Source: Clostridia bacterium (lineage in GTDB: Bacteria; Bacillota; Clostridia; Oscillospirales; CAG-382). Taken from it: DNA of 64,000 nt. Location of the stretch: NCBI GenBank assembly GCA_017516825.1, contig JAFXBC010000044.1:19003-83002 (forward strand). Direction: 5' to 3'. Positions 29,317-37,891 of the stretch are shown here, piece by piece. Within the stretch, counting starts at the first letter, position 1, and each line of letters begins with the position of its first letter. A program made the translations under genes and the position numbers. The notes beneath the pieces were generated by a model. That model was not told the DNA's origin. It made no database searches and saw only the letters and a program-made list of their open reading frames with translations.

Positions 29317-29939
29317 TCTGCGTAAACCTCCTCGATCTTAGCCACCGCATCCTTAGCCATGACAAGCTTGCCATACTTGAGGATGTTGTAGACGTTGATT
29401 GCGTTCACGGGAGTGGTAGCCACGCCCGGGATGTTAGCCATAGACTTGACGACCTTCTTGTCAGCTTCGGGCAGAACAACCAGAGTCTTGCCGGTTGCGC
29501 CGATTGCGGAGAGGAACTGCACCATGGGCTTGGTCTTGTAATCTGCAGATGCGATATTGTCAACGACAATCAGTTCACCTTCAGCTACCTTTGCAGACAA
29601 AGCGGAGAACATTGCGAGCTTCTTCACCTTCTTGTTGATGCTGACGCGATAGGAACGGGGCTTCGGAGCAAAGACGATACCGCCGTGAGTCCACTGGGGA
29701 GCTCTGGTGGAACCCTGTCTTGCATGACCGGTACCCTTCTGCTTCCAGGGCTTTCTGCCGCCACCGGAAACTTCCGCTCTGGTGAGTGCGGACTGGGTGC
29801 CCTGACGCTGGTTGAGCAGGTAAGCTCTTACAACAGCGTGAACTGCAGCTTCATTCATTTCCGCTGCAAAAATCTTCTCGGAAAGCTCGATGGTACCAAC
29901 CGCCTTGCCTTCCATATTTACCACGTTAAGAGTAGGCAT
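29313..29939 (-). CDS. rplD: 50S ribosomal protein L4
   Basis: SGGGRKPWKQKGTGHARQGSTRAPQW. Confidence 0.96.
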   Translation of the reverse strand: MPTLNVVNMEGKAVGTIELSEKIFAAEMNEAAVHAVVRAYLLNQRQGTQSALTRAEVSGGGRKPWKQKGTGHARQGSTRAPQWTHGGIVFAPKPRSYRVSINKKVKKLAMFSALSAKVAEGELIVVDNIASADYKTKPMVQFLSAIGATGKTLVVLPEADKKVVKSMANIPGVATTPVNAINVYNILKYGKLVMAKDAVAKIEEVYAE

Positions 29940-29959
29940 TGTTCATTTCCTCCTTTCGC

Positions 29960-30589
29960 TTACTTCACAGCGTTGCGAACATAAACGATGCCGCCCTTGG
30001 GACCGGGAACGGCGCCCTTGACAGCAATCAGATTGTTGTCGGCGTCGATCTTAACGATCTCCAGATTGAGCATAGTAACCTGTTCGTGACCGTACTGACC
30101 TGCCATGTGCTTATTCTTGAACACACGGGAAGGATCGCTGTTTGCACCCATGGAACCAACCTGACGATGTACGGGGCCGGTACCGTGAGTCATTCTCAGA
30201 CGGTGTGCGTTCCATCTCTTGATAACGCCGCTGTAACCATGACCCTTGGTGATACCGGTGATGTCGACCTTTTCGCCTTCTGCGAAGGTATCGGCAGTCA
30301 CGATGTCGCCCTCGTTCATGGAAGCCGCGTCGTCCAGACGGAACTCCTTGAGGTACTTCTTAAAGGAAACCTTGTGGGCTTCGAAGTGACCCTTGACGGG
30401 TTTGGTTGCCTTGCGTTCGGGGAGATCGGAGTAACCGAGCTGAACTGCAGAGTAACCGTCCTTTTCCACCGTCTTCTTCTGAATAACGGTGCAGGGACCT
30501 GCGTTGATGACAGTAACGGGAATAACCTTGCCCTTCTCATCGAAGATCTGAGTCATACCCAGCTTTCTGCCAATGATGCCTTTTTTCAT
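29960..30589 (-). CDS. rplC: 50S ribosomal protein L3
   Basis: GIIGRKLGMTQIFDEKGKVIPVTV. Confidence 0.96.
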   Translation of the reverse strand: MKKGIIGRKLGMTQIFDEKGKVIPVTVINAGPCTVIQKKTVEKDGYSAVQLGYSDLPERKATKPVKGHFEAHKVSFKKYLKEFRLDDAASMNEGDIVTADTFAEGEKVDITGITKGHGYSGVIKRWNAHRLRMTHGTGPVHRQVGSMGANSDPSRVFKNKHMAGQYGHEQVTMLNLEIVKIDADNNLIAVKGAVPGPKGGIVYVRNAVK

Positions 30590-30658
30590 TATAAATATTC
30601 CTCCTTGGTTATTGGTTGAACCTTTCGATCCAACGTGACCTTGTTTTGTTTACGAAAC

Positions 30659-30967
30659 TTAGAGTTCGACGCTGAAATCAACGCCGGCGGGAAGATCGAT
30701 GTTCATCATTGCGTCTACGCAAGCCTTAGAGGGCTTAATGATGTCGATCAGTCTCTTGTGAGTACGATACTCGAACTGCTCACGGCTATCCTTGTACTTG
30801 TGAACTGCACGCAGGATGGTGATGATCTCTCTGTCGGTAGGGAGCGGAATGGGACCGGAGACGGATGCGCCGTTGCGCTTCGCGGTCTCAACGATCTTTT
30901 CTGCTGCCTGATCGATTAAAGTGTGATCGTAGGACTTGAGTCTGATACGGATTCTTTCTTTTGCCAT
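30659..30967 (-). CDS. rpsJ: 30S ribosomal protein S10
   Basis: [39 protein letters not shown]. Confidence 0.96.
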   Translation of the reverse strand: MAKERIRIRLKSYDHTLIDQAAEKIVETAKRNGASVSGPIPLPTDREIITILRAVHKYKDSREQFEYRTHKRLIDIIKPSKACVDAMMNIDLPAGVDFSVEL

Positions 30968-31145
30968 GGTTTAGCCTCCTAAAAAATTTTTGTTAGTTTT
31001 AGTGGCAGTAGGAGGGACACCGTTCCGGGCGTTTCATGCCCTTCCCTAAAAAAATGCCTTCCTCTGCGCCCGATTTCCGGACATACTCCACAGAAGTTAC
31101 CCACGCTTTTGCATGGCAATCTACTGCTTCATCGCACACCAAGCG
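30968..31145 (-). promoter_or_regulatory. Long 5' leader of the S10 operon, with predicted hairpins and an internal U7 tract
   Basis: The distance from the predicted -10 (31152-31157) to the rpsJ ATG (30967) is about 180 nt. The leader contains the stems CUACUUC...GAAG(CA)GUAG and CGGGCG...CGCCCG, and a run of seven U (plus-strand A7 at 31048-31054). Confidence 0.5.
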
Positions 31146-31151
31146 AAGTAG

Positions 31152-31180
31152 ATTTTAGCACAGGAAAGAAGAAAAGTCAA
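31152..31180 (-). promoter_or_regulatory. Sigma-A promoter of the S10-spc-alpha superoperon
   Basis: On the minus strand: TTGACT (31180-31175), a 17-nt spacer, then TAAAAT (31157-31152). An AT-rich UP-like region lies upstream. Confidence 0.7.
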
Positions 31181-31271
31181 GTATTTTTTTCAAAAAAGTG
31201 TAAGATTTTGCCTCTCGAAATTGTAAACAATTTGTGAACAAAATCCGAGAAATTTTTCTTTAAAAAAAGCC

Positions 31272-31299
31272 TTTACATTCCGTATTTTTCTGGTATAAT
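31272..31299 (+). promoter_or_regulatory. Sigma-A promoter (extended -10) for the TSCPD gene and possibly pgm
   Basis: TTTACA, a 16-nt spacer, then TGgTATAAT. Confidence 0.65.
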
Positions 31300-31364
31300 G
31301 GAGGTATGAAAAGGATGCAAAACAATGCACCCAGATCTTATATATTATAAGGAAGGAAAACACC

Positions 31365-31619
31365 ATGGAATTCACCCATACCTGCAATGGGACCTGTTCC
31401 CGCTCCATTCGCTTTGACATGGATGAAAATCACGTCGTTACGGGGGTTACCTACGTCGGCGGCTGTAACGGCAATCTGAAGGGGATCTCCCAGCTTTGCG
31501 AAGGCATGAAGGCTGAGGATCTGATCGCCCGTCTGGAGGGCACCAAGTGCGGCTTCAAGAACACCTCCTGCCCCGATCAGTTGGCAAAAGCATTGAAAAA
31601 CGCTCTGGCAAATCAATAA
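31365..31619 (+). CDS. TSCPD-domain small protein (TIGR03905-like)
   Basis: 84 aa with the literal TSCPD motif (KNTSCPDQLAKAL) and conserved Cys residues (CNGTC, GGCNGN). Confidence 0.8.
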   Translation: MEFTHTCNGTCSRSIRFDMDENHVVTGVTYVGGCNGNLKGISQLCEGMKAEDLIARLEGTKCGFKNTSCPDQLAKALKNALANQ

Positions 31620-31640
31620 AAACGTTAAAGGAGTTTACGT

Positions 31641-33374
31641 ATGAGCACGGCTTACGAAACAGCACTGAAGGAATACGAAAACTGGCTTTCCCACGTTGAG
31701 GGAGAAGACAAGGCCGCCTTGGAGGCTATTCGCGGGGATGAAAACGCCATCCTGGCACGGTTTGCCATCCCCATGGCATTCGGTACCGCAGGCTTACGCA
31801 GTACTATGGATCTCGGCATCTCCCGTATGAACGTTTATACCGTGGCCCAGACCACCAAGGGTCTGGCTGATCTGGTGTTGGAGGCCGGCGGTAAAGACCG
31901 CGGCGTTGCCATCAGCTACGACAGTCGCAACAGATCTGAATTGTTTGCCCACACCGCCGCAAGAGTGCTTGCCGCCTGCGGCATCAAGGTCTATCTGTTT
32001 GACGGCATTCGTCCCACCCCGGAGCTTTCCTTTGCCATTCTCCATTACGGCTGTATCGCCGGTATCAACGTCACCGCTTCCCACAACCCCAAGGAATACA
32101 ACGGCTATAAGGTTTACTGGGAAGATGGCGCACAGCTCCCTCCCGAACACGCAGAGGTAGTCTCCAAGGCCGCCGCGGCGACGGATATTTTCTCCGTAGA
32201 GCTTGCCGATCTTGACAAGGCGGTTGCCGACGGGATCGTCACCATCATCGGCAAGGAGGCAGACGAGGCCTTCCTTTCCGCGGTATTGAACTGTGCTTTG
32301 GCGCCCGATCTCACCGCAAAATACGGCAACGGGCTGAATATGTTCTACACCCCCTTGCACGGCACCGGCTACAAGCTGATCCCCGAATGTTTGAGACGTT
32401 GCGGGATCACCAACCTGCAGGTGGTAGAGGAGCAGGCAGAGCCCAACGGTGACTTCCCCACCGTGGCGTCTCCCAACCCGGAGAACAAAGAGTGCTTCGC
32501 CCTGGCGGCTGAAAAGATCAAACAGCAGGGGCTTAACTGCAACATGATCATCGCAAGTGACCCTGATGCAGACCGCGTAGGCTTGGCTTTGCGCGGGAAG
32601 GACGGCGAGTTCTTCGCTCTCAACGGCAACCAGATCGGTGCGTTGCTCATCGACTATATTATTAAGGTAAGAAAAGAGAAGGGCATTCTGCCCGAAAACG
32701 GCTGTGCCATCAAGTCCATCGTGTCCTCCAACCTGTTTGACGCCATTTGTGACGCTCACGGCGTGGATCACGTCAGCGTGCTGACGGGCTTCAAGTACAT
32801 CGGCGAGAAGATCAAGCAATGGAAGGCCAGCGGAGAGCATACCTTCATTTTTGGTTACGAGGAAAGCCAGGGCTATCTGTCCGACGGCTACGCCAGAGAC
32901 AAGGACGCTATTGCCGCCGCCATGCTCATCGCGGAGATGGCTTGCTATCACGCCGCCGCAGGCAAGACCGTGGCAGAGGCGTTGGATGAGATCTACGCTA
33001 CCTACGGCTGTTACAGAGAATCCGTGATCAATTTGGCCATCACCGGGCTTGATCCCATGGGCATGATGAAGGAGCAGATGGCGGCTATGCGTGCAAATGC
33101 TCCCCGGGTCATCGGCGGGTTGAAGGTGGTTCGCGTAAGAGATTATAAGGACGGCAAGGTTTACCACGTCGACGGCAACGTGACGGAGACGGGTCTCCCC
33201 TCCTCCGACGTGCTGTATTACGAGCTGGAAAGCGGCGACGCGGTGATCGTGCGCCCCTCCGGTACCGAGCCTAAGATCAAGGTCTACATCCTTGCCAAGG
33301 GCGAGAACGAGGCGTTGGTTGCAGAGAAGATCGGCGCTTTCACCGTAGAGATGAAGGCTAAGCTGAACGGTTAA
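31641..33374 (+). CDS. Phosphoglucomutase / phosphomannomutase family protein (PgcA-like)
   Basis: Active-site loop TASHNPKEYNGYK, metal loop SDPDADR and sugar loop GYEESQGY. 577 aa. Confidence 0.9.
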   Translation: MSTAYETALKEYENWLSHVEGEDKAALEAIRGDENAILARFAIPMAFGTAGLRSTMDLGISRMNVYTVAQTTKGLADLVLEAGGKDRGVAISYDSRNRSELFAHTAARVLAACGIKVYLFDGIRPTPELSFAILHYGCIAGINVTASHNPKEYNGYKVYWEDGAQLPPEHAEVVSKAAAATDIFSVELADLDKAVADGIVTIIGKEADEAFLSAVLNCALAPDLTAKYGNGLNMFYTPLHGTGYKLIPECLRRCGITNLQVVEEQAEPNGDFPTVASPNPENKECFALAAEKIKQQGLNCNMIIASDPDADRVGLALRGKDGEFFALNGNQIGALLIDYIIKVRKEKGILPENGCAIKSIVSSNLFDAICDAHGVDHVSVLTGFKYIGEKIKQWKASGEHTFIFGYEESQGYLSDGYARDKDAIAAAMLIAEMACYHAAAGKTVAEALDEIYATYGCYRESVINLAITGLDPMGMMKEQMAAMRANAPRVIGGLKVVRVRDYKDGKVYHVDGNVTETGLPSSDVLYYELESGDAVIVRPSGTEPKIKVYILAKGENEALVAEKIGAFTVEMKAKLNG

Positions 33375-33387
33375 GAGAATAGTACGT

Positions 33388-33437
33388 TTAAGGACCTTTC
33401 TTTTTCGAAAGAAAGGTCCTTAAAATCCCCAAAGAAA
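33388..33437 (+). repeat. Intergenic hairpin-plus-tail repeat, copy 2 (compensatory variant)
   Basis: TTAAGGACCTTTCTTT-ttcg-AAAGAAAGGTCCTTAA followed by AATCCCCAAAGAAA. The A>G change in the left arm is matched by T>C in the right arm. Confidence 0.85.
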
Positions 33438-33446
33438 CCTGCCTTT

Positions 33447-33472
33447 CCAAAACCCATGTACATGGGTTTTGG
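33447..33472. repeat. Perfect 12-bp-arm palindrome
   Basis: CCAAAACCCATG-ta-CATGGGTTTTGG in the convergent intergenic region. May act as a terminator stem. Confidence 0.6.
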
Positions 33473-33496
33473 CATAAAAGTTTTTGGGGTGAGAGT

Positions 33497-33534
33497 ATGA
33501 GAGAGGGACTTTTTCCAAAAAGTCCCTCTCTCAT
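33497..33534. terminator. Perfect 18-bp-arm palindrome immediately after the stop of the minus-strand gene
   Basis: ATGAGAGAGGGACTTTTT-cc-AAAAAGTCCCTCTCTCAT, 3 nt from the stop codon at 33538-33540. No clean U-tract follows on the minus strand, so terminator function is inferred. Confidence 0.5.
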
Positions 33535-33537
33535 GAT

Positions 33538-34578
33538 TTACCTTATCAAACCAAACATCACAGCGGCTTCCTGGTTCAAGTAGCCGTAATTCTGCAAGAA
33601 GCTTAAGAACAACTCACACAGGAAGTAGATCAACGCGAAGACGCCTACCCAAAGCAGGATCTTGGGCAGTAGCATAACCTGGCGGCGTTCTCTTTGCTTT
33701 TCCATCACCGCCAAGCGTTCCAGGGCCCGGTTACACAGCTCCACCTTCCGCTCTTGCTCTTCCTTTGTTTCCATGTACTTGTTCTGCTTATAGGCAGAGG
33801 TGTCGTTGAGGATCCGTCTTCCCTCGTTTTCCTTGGCGAGTGTAGCTTCCAGCCGTTCCACGGAAAGGTTTTCAAACTGCCAATCCTTGTCTCGGCCGCA
33901 GGTATCGCAAAGGGTGGTGGAGGAGGGATTTTTTCTGCCGCAGCAACACAGCCAAACGCTGTCTCCCGCCTGGGGCAGGACGCGAATGGGATGGGCTTTT
34001 TCTGCTTCCCAGAAGATGTTCACGGAACGGTATGCATCCCGCAGGTCGCCGTCCAACTCGATGAAACGCACGGCTCTGCTACCTGCGATCAGGTTCAGTT
34101 CTTCCTTGCTTCCGTCGAAATAGGTGACGGAGACCAGCTCGATCTGCATCTTTTTGAAATAGTTTTCCGGCAGGGGGATGAAGATACCCTCGCCGAACTC
34201 CTCGCCCAGGACGATGGTCTTATCCTTTTTGCATTCTCTGGGCCTTCTGGGGATGCCGTTCAGCTCTCGCTCCCCCAGGGTGGCCTCCTCCCAGCTATAA
34301 CGGAAATCGATCTTGGCATCCGGGAGGATGATACGCTCCTTGTAGAGGATGATGCGAACGTCCAAAGCGGTGATGGTCTTTTCGGACACGGAACGAAAAT
34401 TCAACGTGAGGAAGATCTCACCGGTATCTCTGTCGGAGATGATGTAGCCTTCCTTGATCTCTACGGGGCTTTTTTCGAATACGGCGCTGTGATCCAGATA
34501 CTCGACGACCCGCAGAGGACGCATACGGTCTCTGTGCACACGTTCAAGTTTGACTTTGCGAGGGTTTCTTTTTGACAT
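33538..34578 (-). CDS. Hypothetical Zn-ribbon protein with coiled coil and C-terminal TM anchor
   Basis: Start MSKRNPRK with GGGAGG 5 nt upstream. Cys cluster WLCCCGRKNPSSTTLCDTCGR, a K/E/R-rich helix and a terminal TM segment LLPKILLWVGVFALIYFLCELFL. Confidence 0.65.
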   Translation of the reverse strand: MSKRNPRKVKLERVHRDRMRPLRVVEYLDHSAVFEKSPVEIKEGYIISDRDTGEIFLTLNFRSVSEKTITALDVRIILYKERIILPDAKIDFRYSWEEATLGERELNGIPRRPRECKKDKTIVLGEEFGEGIFIPLPENYFKKMQIELVSVTYFDGSKEELNLIAGSRAVRFIELDGDLRDAYRSVNIFWEAEKAHPIRVLPQAGDSVWLCCCGRKNPSSTTLCDTCGRDKDWQFENLSVERLEATLAKENEGRRILNDTSAYKQNKYMETKEEQERKVELCNRALERLAVMEKQRERRQVMLLPKILLWVGVFALIYFLCELFLSFLQNYGYLNQEAAVMFGLIR

Positions 34579-34618
34579 AAAAGCCTCCCGAGGAAGACCG
34601 CAAAATGAACTCTGCATC

Positions 34619-34647
34619 TTGCAATCCCGTTTATTTTATGATATAAT
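34619..34647 (+). promoter_or_regulatory. Sigma-A promoter (extended -10) of the HAD phosphatase gene
   Basis: TTGCAA, a 17-nt spacer, then TGaTATAAT. It lies downstream of the track start at 34550, which supports the ATG at 34679. Confidence 0.6.
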
Positions 34648-34678
34648 CAGCCTGTTTGAAAGGAAGGTGCGATTTGAT

Positions 34679-35494
34679 ATGGAAAATAAAACCAACCGTT
34701 TGAAGGATATCGACTTATTTGTGCTGGATATGGACGGCACCATTTATTTGGGTGAGCAGGTGTTCCCCGAAGCGTTGCGCTTCGTGAAGGAAGCGAGAGA
34801 AGCGGGGAAACGGGTGATCTTCTTCACCAATAACGCTTCCCGCAATCCCCAGATCTACGTGGAGCGGTTGAACCGCATGGGCTTTGAGGCGGTAAGAGAG
34901 GACATCCTCTCCTCCGGCGACGTGACGGCGGCCTATTTGAAGCTGAACCATCCCGGAGAGCCGGTATATCTGGTGGGTACCCCCGCCCTGGAGGAAATGT
35001 TCCAAGCAGAGGGAATCAACCTCACCAACGGGAAAGACCGCAAGACGGCGGAGACCGCTTCCATCGTGGTGGCTTCCTTTGATACCACTCTGGTCTACGA
35101 GAAGCTGGATATCGCTTGCAATCTGATCCGCGGCGGCGCCACCTTCTATTCCACCCATCCCGATTTCGTCTGCCCCATGGAGGGGAACGCGGTGTTGCCC
35201 GACAGCGGTGCTATCTGTGCCTTGCTCACCGCTTGCACCGGGGTGACCCCCAAGTACTTCGGCAAGCCCGAAAAGGAAACGGCCTTGATGCTGGAGCGTA
35301 CCTACAACGTGCCGCCCCATCGGACGGCCATCGTGGGAGACCGTCTTTACACCGACATTGCCCTGGGTAAGAACAACGGATTGCTTTCCGTTCTGGTGCT
35401 CACCGGAGAATCCTCCATGGAGGACGTAAACGAGGAAAACGCACCCGACGTGATCTTGAACAACATCGGCGAGATCTTAGATCATCTGTATTGA
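34679..35494 (+). CDS. HAD-IIA family phosphatase (NagD/PNPPase-like)
   Basis: Motif I VLDMDGTIY, motif II FFTNNAS and motif IV VGDRLYTDI. RBS GGAAGGTG upstream. Confidence 0.85.
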   Translation: MENKTNRLKDIDLFVLDMDGTIYLGEQVFPEALRFVKEAREAGKRVIFFTNNASRNPQIYVERLNRMGFEAVREDILSSGDVTAAYLKLNHPGEPVYLVGTPALEEMFQAEGINLTNGKDRKTAETASIVVASFDTTLVYEKLDIACNLIRGGATFYSTHPDFVCPMEGNAVLPDSGAICALLTACTGVTPKYFGKPEKETALMLERTYNVPPHRTAIVGDRLYTDIALGKNNGLLSVLVLTGESSMEDVNEENAPDVILNNIGEILDHLY

Positions 35495-36612
35495 AATTCA
35501 CCCAGCTTGGTGGCAGGAACAGAACTGCCTGCAGGCAGAATGGCCAGCACGGAGAAGCCCTCCGTGGGGAACTCTCTTTCGGAGACGTAGGTCACTTCCC
35601 CATCCCCCAAACGATCCATCATAGCACGAGCGTTCTTCTTCAAAGGAAGGACGCTTTTGATTTTCCCGCTCTTGATACCTTCGGCCAGGAACTTCACCAG
35701 CTTCACCAGCTCTGCAGGGTGGGGCAGGCCGTCGGGGCCGCACTTGGGACGGAAGGCAAAGATACCGTCGCCGCTCAATACGGTGGGACGGGGGACTACC
35801 ATGCCGAACTTCCCTTTGGCGTAGTGCATGGGAGGCATGGCGAAGCGGAAGCGCATCATAGCGGAGAACATACCCAGACAGCCTGCGGTGAATTTTTCCA
35901 TAGGCAGGTCGGCGGGGAGGTTTACATAATATTCACCCTTTCCCATACAGCAACAGCTATAACTGATCGCGCCGTTAAAGATATCCTTGAAGGTCTCCTC
36001 GCAATCCAGATCCAGAGTCAGCTCCACGGGGGTGGAGGGCAACAGCTCTGCCAGGGAGAAATCTGCCAGCACTCTGCTCCCCTGCACCACGCGGAGACGG
36101 TCGGGCAGGAGGGTACCCACCCGCGTCATCTTCACCAGGTCGGAGGCACAGAAGCGGTCGCCATCCCGCTCACGGAGGAGCAGGAAACGGCTTTGGCAAA
36201 GCTTTTCTATGGAAGTGCCCACGGGGAGGGACAGCTCCACGCCGTGGGTGGCGTACAGCAGACCGCTCAGCCCCACCACGGAGTTCCGCAGTAAGGAGGC
36301 CATGAGATGGAGATCCGGGACGTGCTCGTTCAGCAGGTATACGGCAAAGCCTTCCTTGGCTACCACCTCCATACGGTTATGCAACACCTCGGGGGTGGAG
36401 AGAAGCTCGGTCAGAGTGAACCGCTCACCGAGAGATATATTTTCCTCAAAGGTCTTGAAGGCGTTGGCCACTCGTTCGGAGTAGAAGGACACCTTGGTGA
36501 TGGGGGTCAACAGCTTGGTACCCCAGCCTTCGGGGCCGAAAGCCTCCCGCAGGTATGCCTCCTCGGGGGTCATGGTGGTTTCGGGAACCATTTCGTCGAT
36601 CATTTCGCTCAT
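35482..36612 (-). CDS. Hypothetical soluble protein (~376 aa), no family recognised
   Basis: Coding-like ORF that is the last gene of the alaS-mtaB string. ATG at 36612 lies 5 nt after the mtaB stop; the alternative ATG at 36630 overlaps mtaB. Its 3' end overlaps the convergent HAD gene by 13 nt. Confidence 0.65.
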   Translation of the reverse strand: MSEMIDEMVPETTMTPEEAYLREAFGPEGWGTKLLTPITKVSFYSERVANAFKTFEENISLGERFTLTELLSTPEVLHNRMEVVAKEGFAVYLLNEHVPDLHLMASLLRNSVVGLSGLLYATHGVELSLPVGTSIEKLCQSRFLLLRERDGDRFCASDLVKMTRVGTLLPDRLRVVQGSRVLADFSLAELLPSTPVELTLDLDCEETFKDIFNGAISYSCCCMGKGEYYVNLPADLPMEKFTAGCLGMFSAMMRFRFAMPPMHYAKGKFGMVVPRPTVLSGDGIFAFRPKCGPDGLPHPAELVKLVKFLAEGIKSGKIKSVLPLKKNARAMMDRLGDGEVTYVSEREFPTEGFSVLAILPAGSSVPATKLGEFQYR

Positions 36613-36616
36613 GTTT

Positions 36617-37891
36617 TCATTTCCTTTCATTTCCCATAAGCCGCCCGTTTTCGTTCCCGGAAACGGCGACTTCCGTAACCCTTCCCACAGCGGTGCTTTC
36701 CGCGGGGAAGGTACATTCCATAAATTCCTCGGTGTGGCCAATGGCGACACCGTTTTTGATCTTTTCCGTCAAGACCTTCACTATCTTTCCCGTGAAGGTA
36801 TCCATGATCTGCTTTTTTTGCAAAGCGGAGACGGCGTTCAACCGTGCGCATCTGGCTTTGCGGATCTCCTTGGGGACGGAGCCTTCCATCTCGGCGGCGG
36901 GGGTGCCTGCACGCTCGGAATAGGGGAAGGCGTGGACGTGCATCATACCGCTTTCCTGCACGAATCGTTCCGTTGCCAGGTAGTCTTCTTCCGTTTCCCG
37001 GGGGAAGCCTGTGATAAAATCCCCGCTGAGCTGAACGTGAGGCAGGGCCTCCTTCAAGGATAAGATCCTTTCCATGGCGGATTCCGCGGTGTAGGGCCGC
37101 TTCATCAGCCGCAGGATCTCGGTGGAGCCGGATTGGATCGACAGATGCAGGTGAGGCATGAAGTTGGGGGTATTTTTCATCGCTTCAAAAAACGCGGGGG
37201 TCAGACTGCCGATGGACAGAGAGCCCAAGCGGACTCTGGCAAGGCCGAGAGGCTCCAAGTCTCCCAAACGGGAGATGAGATCCCACAAGGGAAGCTTGTT
37301 ATAGGCGGAGGTCTCGATGCCCGTGAGAACGATCTCACGATACCCCGCCTTTACCAGGCGGGTAGCCTCCTCGAAGATTTCCTCCCCGTTTCTGGAGCGG
37401 GTCTTCCCACGGAGGGTGGGGATGATACAATAGGTACATTTTCCGCTGCATCCGTCCTGGATCTTCAGGTATGCGCGGCAGGTGGAGAACAATTCGCAGG
37501 TACCGCTGACGGACATGGGCTCGTAGGGAAGCTTTTCCATGGAGGTGACCAGCTCCCCTCCCCTGTCCTCTGCGATGGCATCCGCCACCGCAAGCTTATT
37601 TGCACATCCACCCACGTAAAAGACACCGGGGATGGACAAGAAGTCCTCCTTTTGGTTCTGAGAGGCGCATCCGATGACGGCAACCTTCCCGCGGGAGGCA
37701 AAACGGCGGGCAAGCTGGCGGCTTTGACGCTGGCTTTCCCCCGTGACGGAGCAGGTGTTCAGAAGGTAATAATCGCATCCTTCCTCATCCTTGGTAACGA
37801 GGAAGCCTTTCTTCTGCAACGCTTCCCCGATGGAAACGGATTCGTATTGGTTGACACGGCACCCGAGGGTACAGATACACACCTTTTTCAT
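36617..37891 (-). CDS. mtaB: tRNA (N6-threonylcarbamoyladenosine-C2)-methylthiotransferase MtaB (radical SAM)
   Basis: UPF0004 N-terminal Cys triad (TLGCRVN, NTCSVT, GC), radical SAM motif CSGKCTYCIIP and a TRAM-like C-terminus. Confidence 0.85.
   Translation of the reverse strand: MKKVCICTLGCRVNQYESVSIGEALQKKGFLVTKDEEGCDYYLLNTCSVTGESQRQSRQLARRFASRGKVAVIGCASQNQKEDFLSIPGVFYVGGCANKLAVADAIAEDRGGELVTSMEKLPYEPMSVSGTCELFSTCRAYLKIQDGCSGKCTYCIIPTLRGKTRSRNGEEIFEEATRLVKAGYREIVLTGIETSAYNKLPLWDLISRLGDLEPLGLARVRLGSLSIGSLTPAFFEAMKNTPNFMPHLHLSIQSGSTEILRLMKRPYTAESAMERILSLKEALPHVQLSGDFITGFPRETEEDYLATERFVQESGMMHVHAFPYSERAGTPAAEMEGSVPKEIRKARCARLNAVSALQKKQIMDTFTGKIVKVLTEKIKNGVAIGHTEEFMECTFPAESTAVGRVTEVAVSGNENGRLMGNERK

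Noticed and set aside
31190-31420. 76-aa minus-strand ORF in the S10/TSCPD divergent control region.
   Set aside because: It is AT-rich and lacks an RBS. It overlaps the TSCPD promoter and start codon. Its hydrophobic, low-complexity translation is an artefact of AT-rich DNA.
34550-34678. N-terminal extensions proposed by the ORF track (for example HAD gene from 34550, lipoprotein to 14263, antiporter to 61375, degV to 63697, XRE to 59864).
   Set aside because: In each case an internal ATG with a Shine-Dalgarno sequence begins the conserved or signal-peptide part of the protein. The extension also overlaps a promoter or a neighbouring gene.
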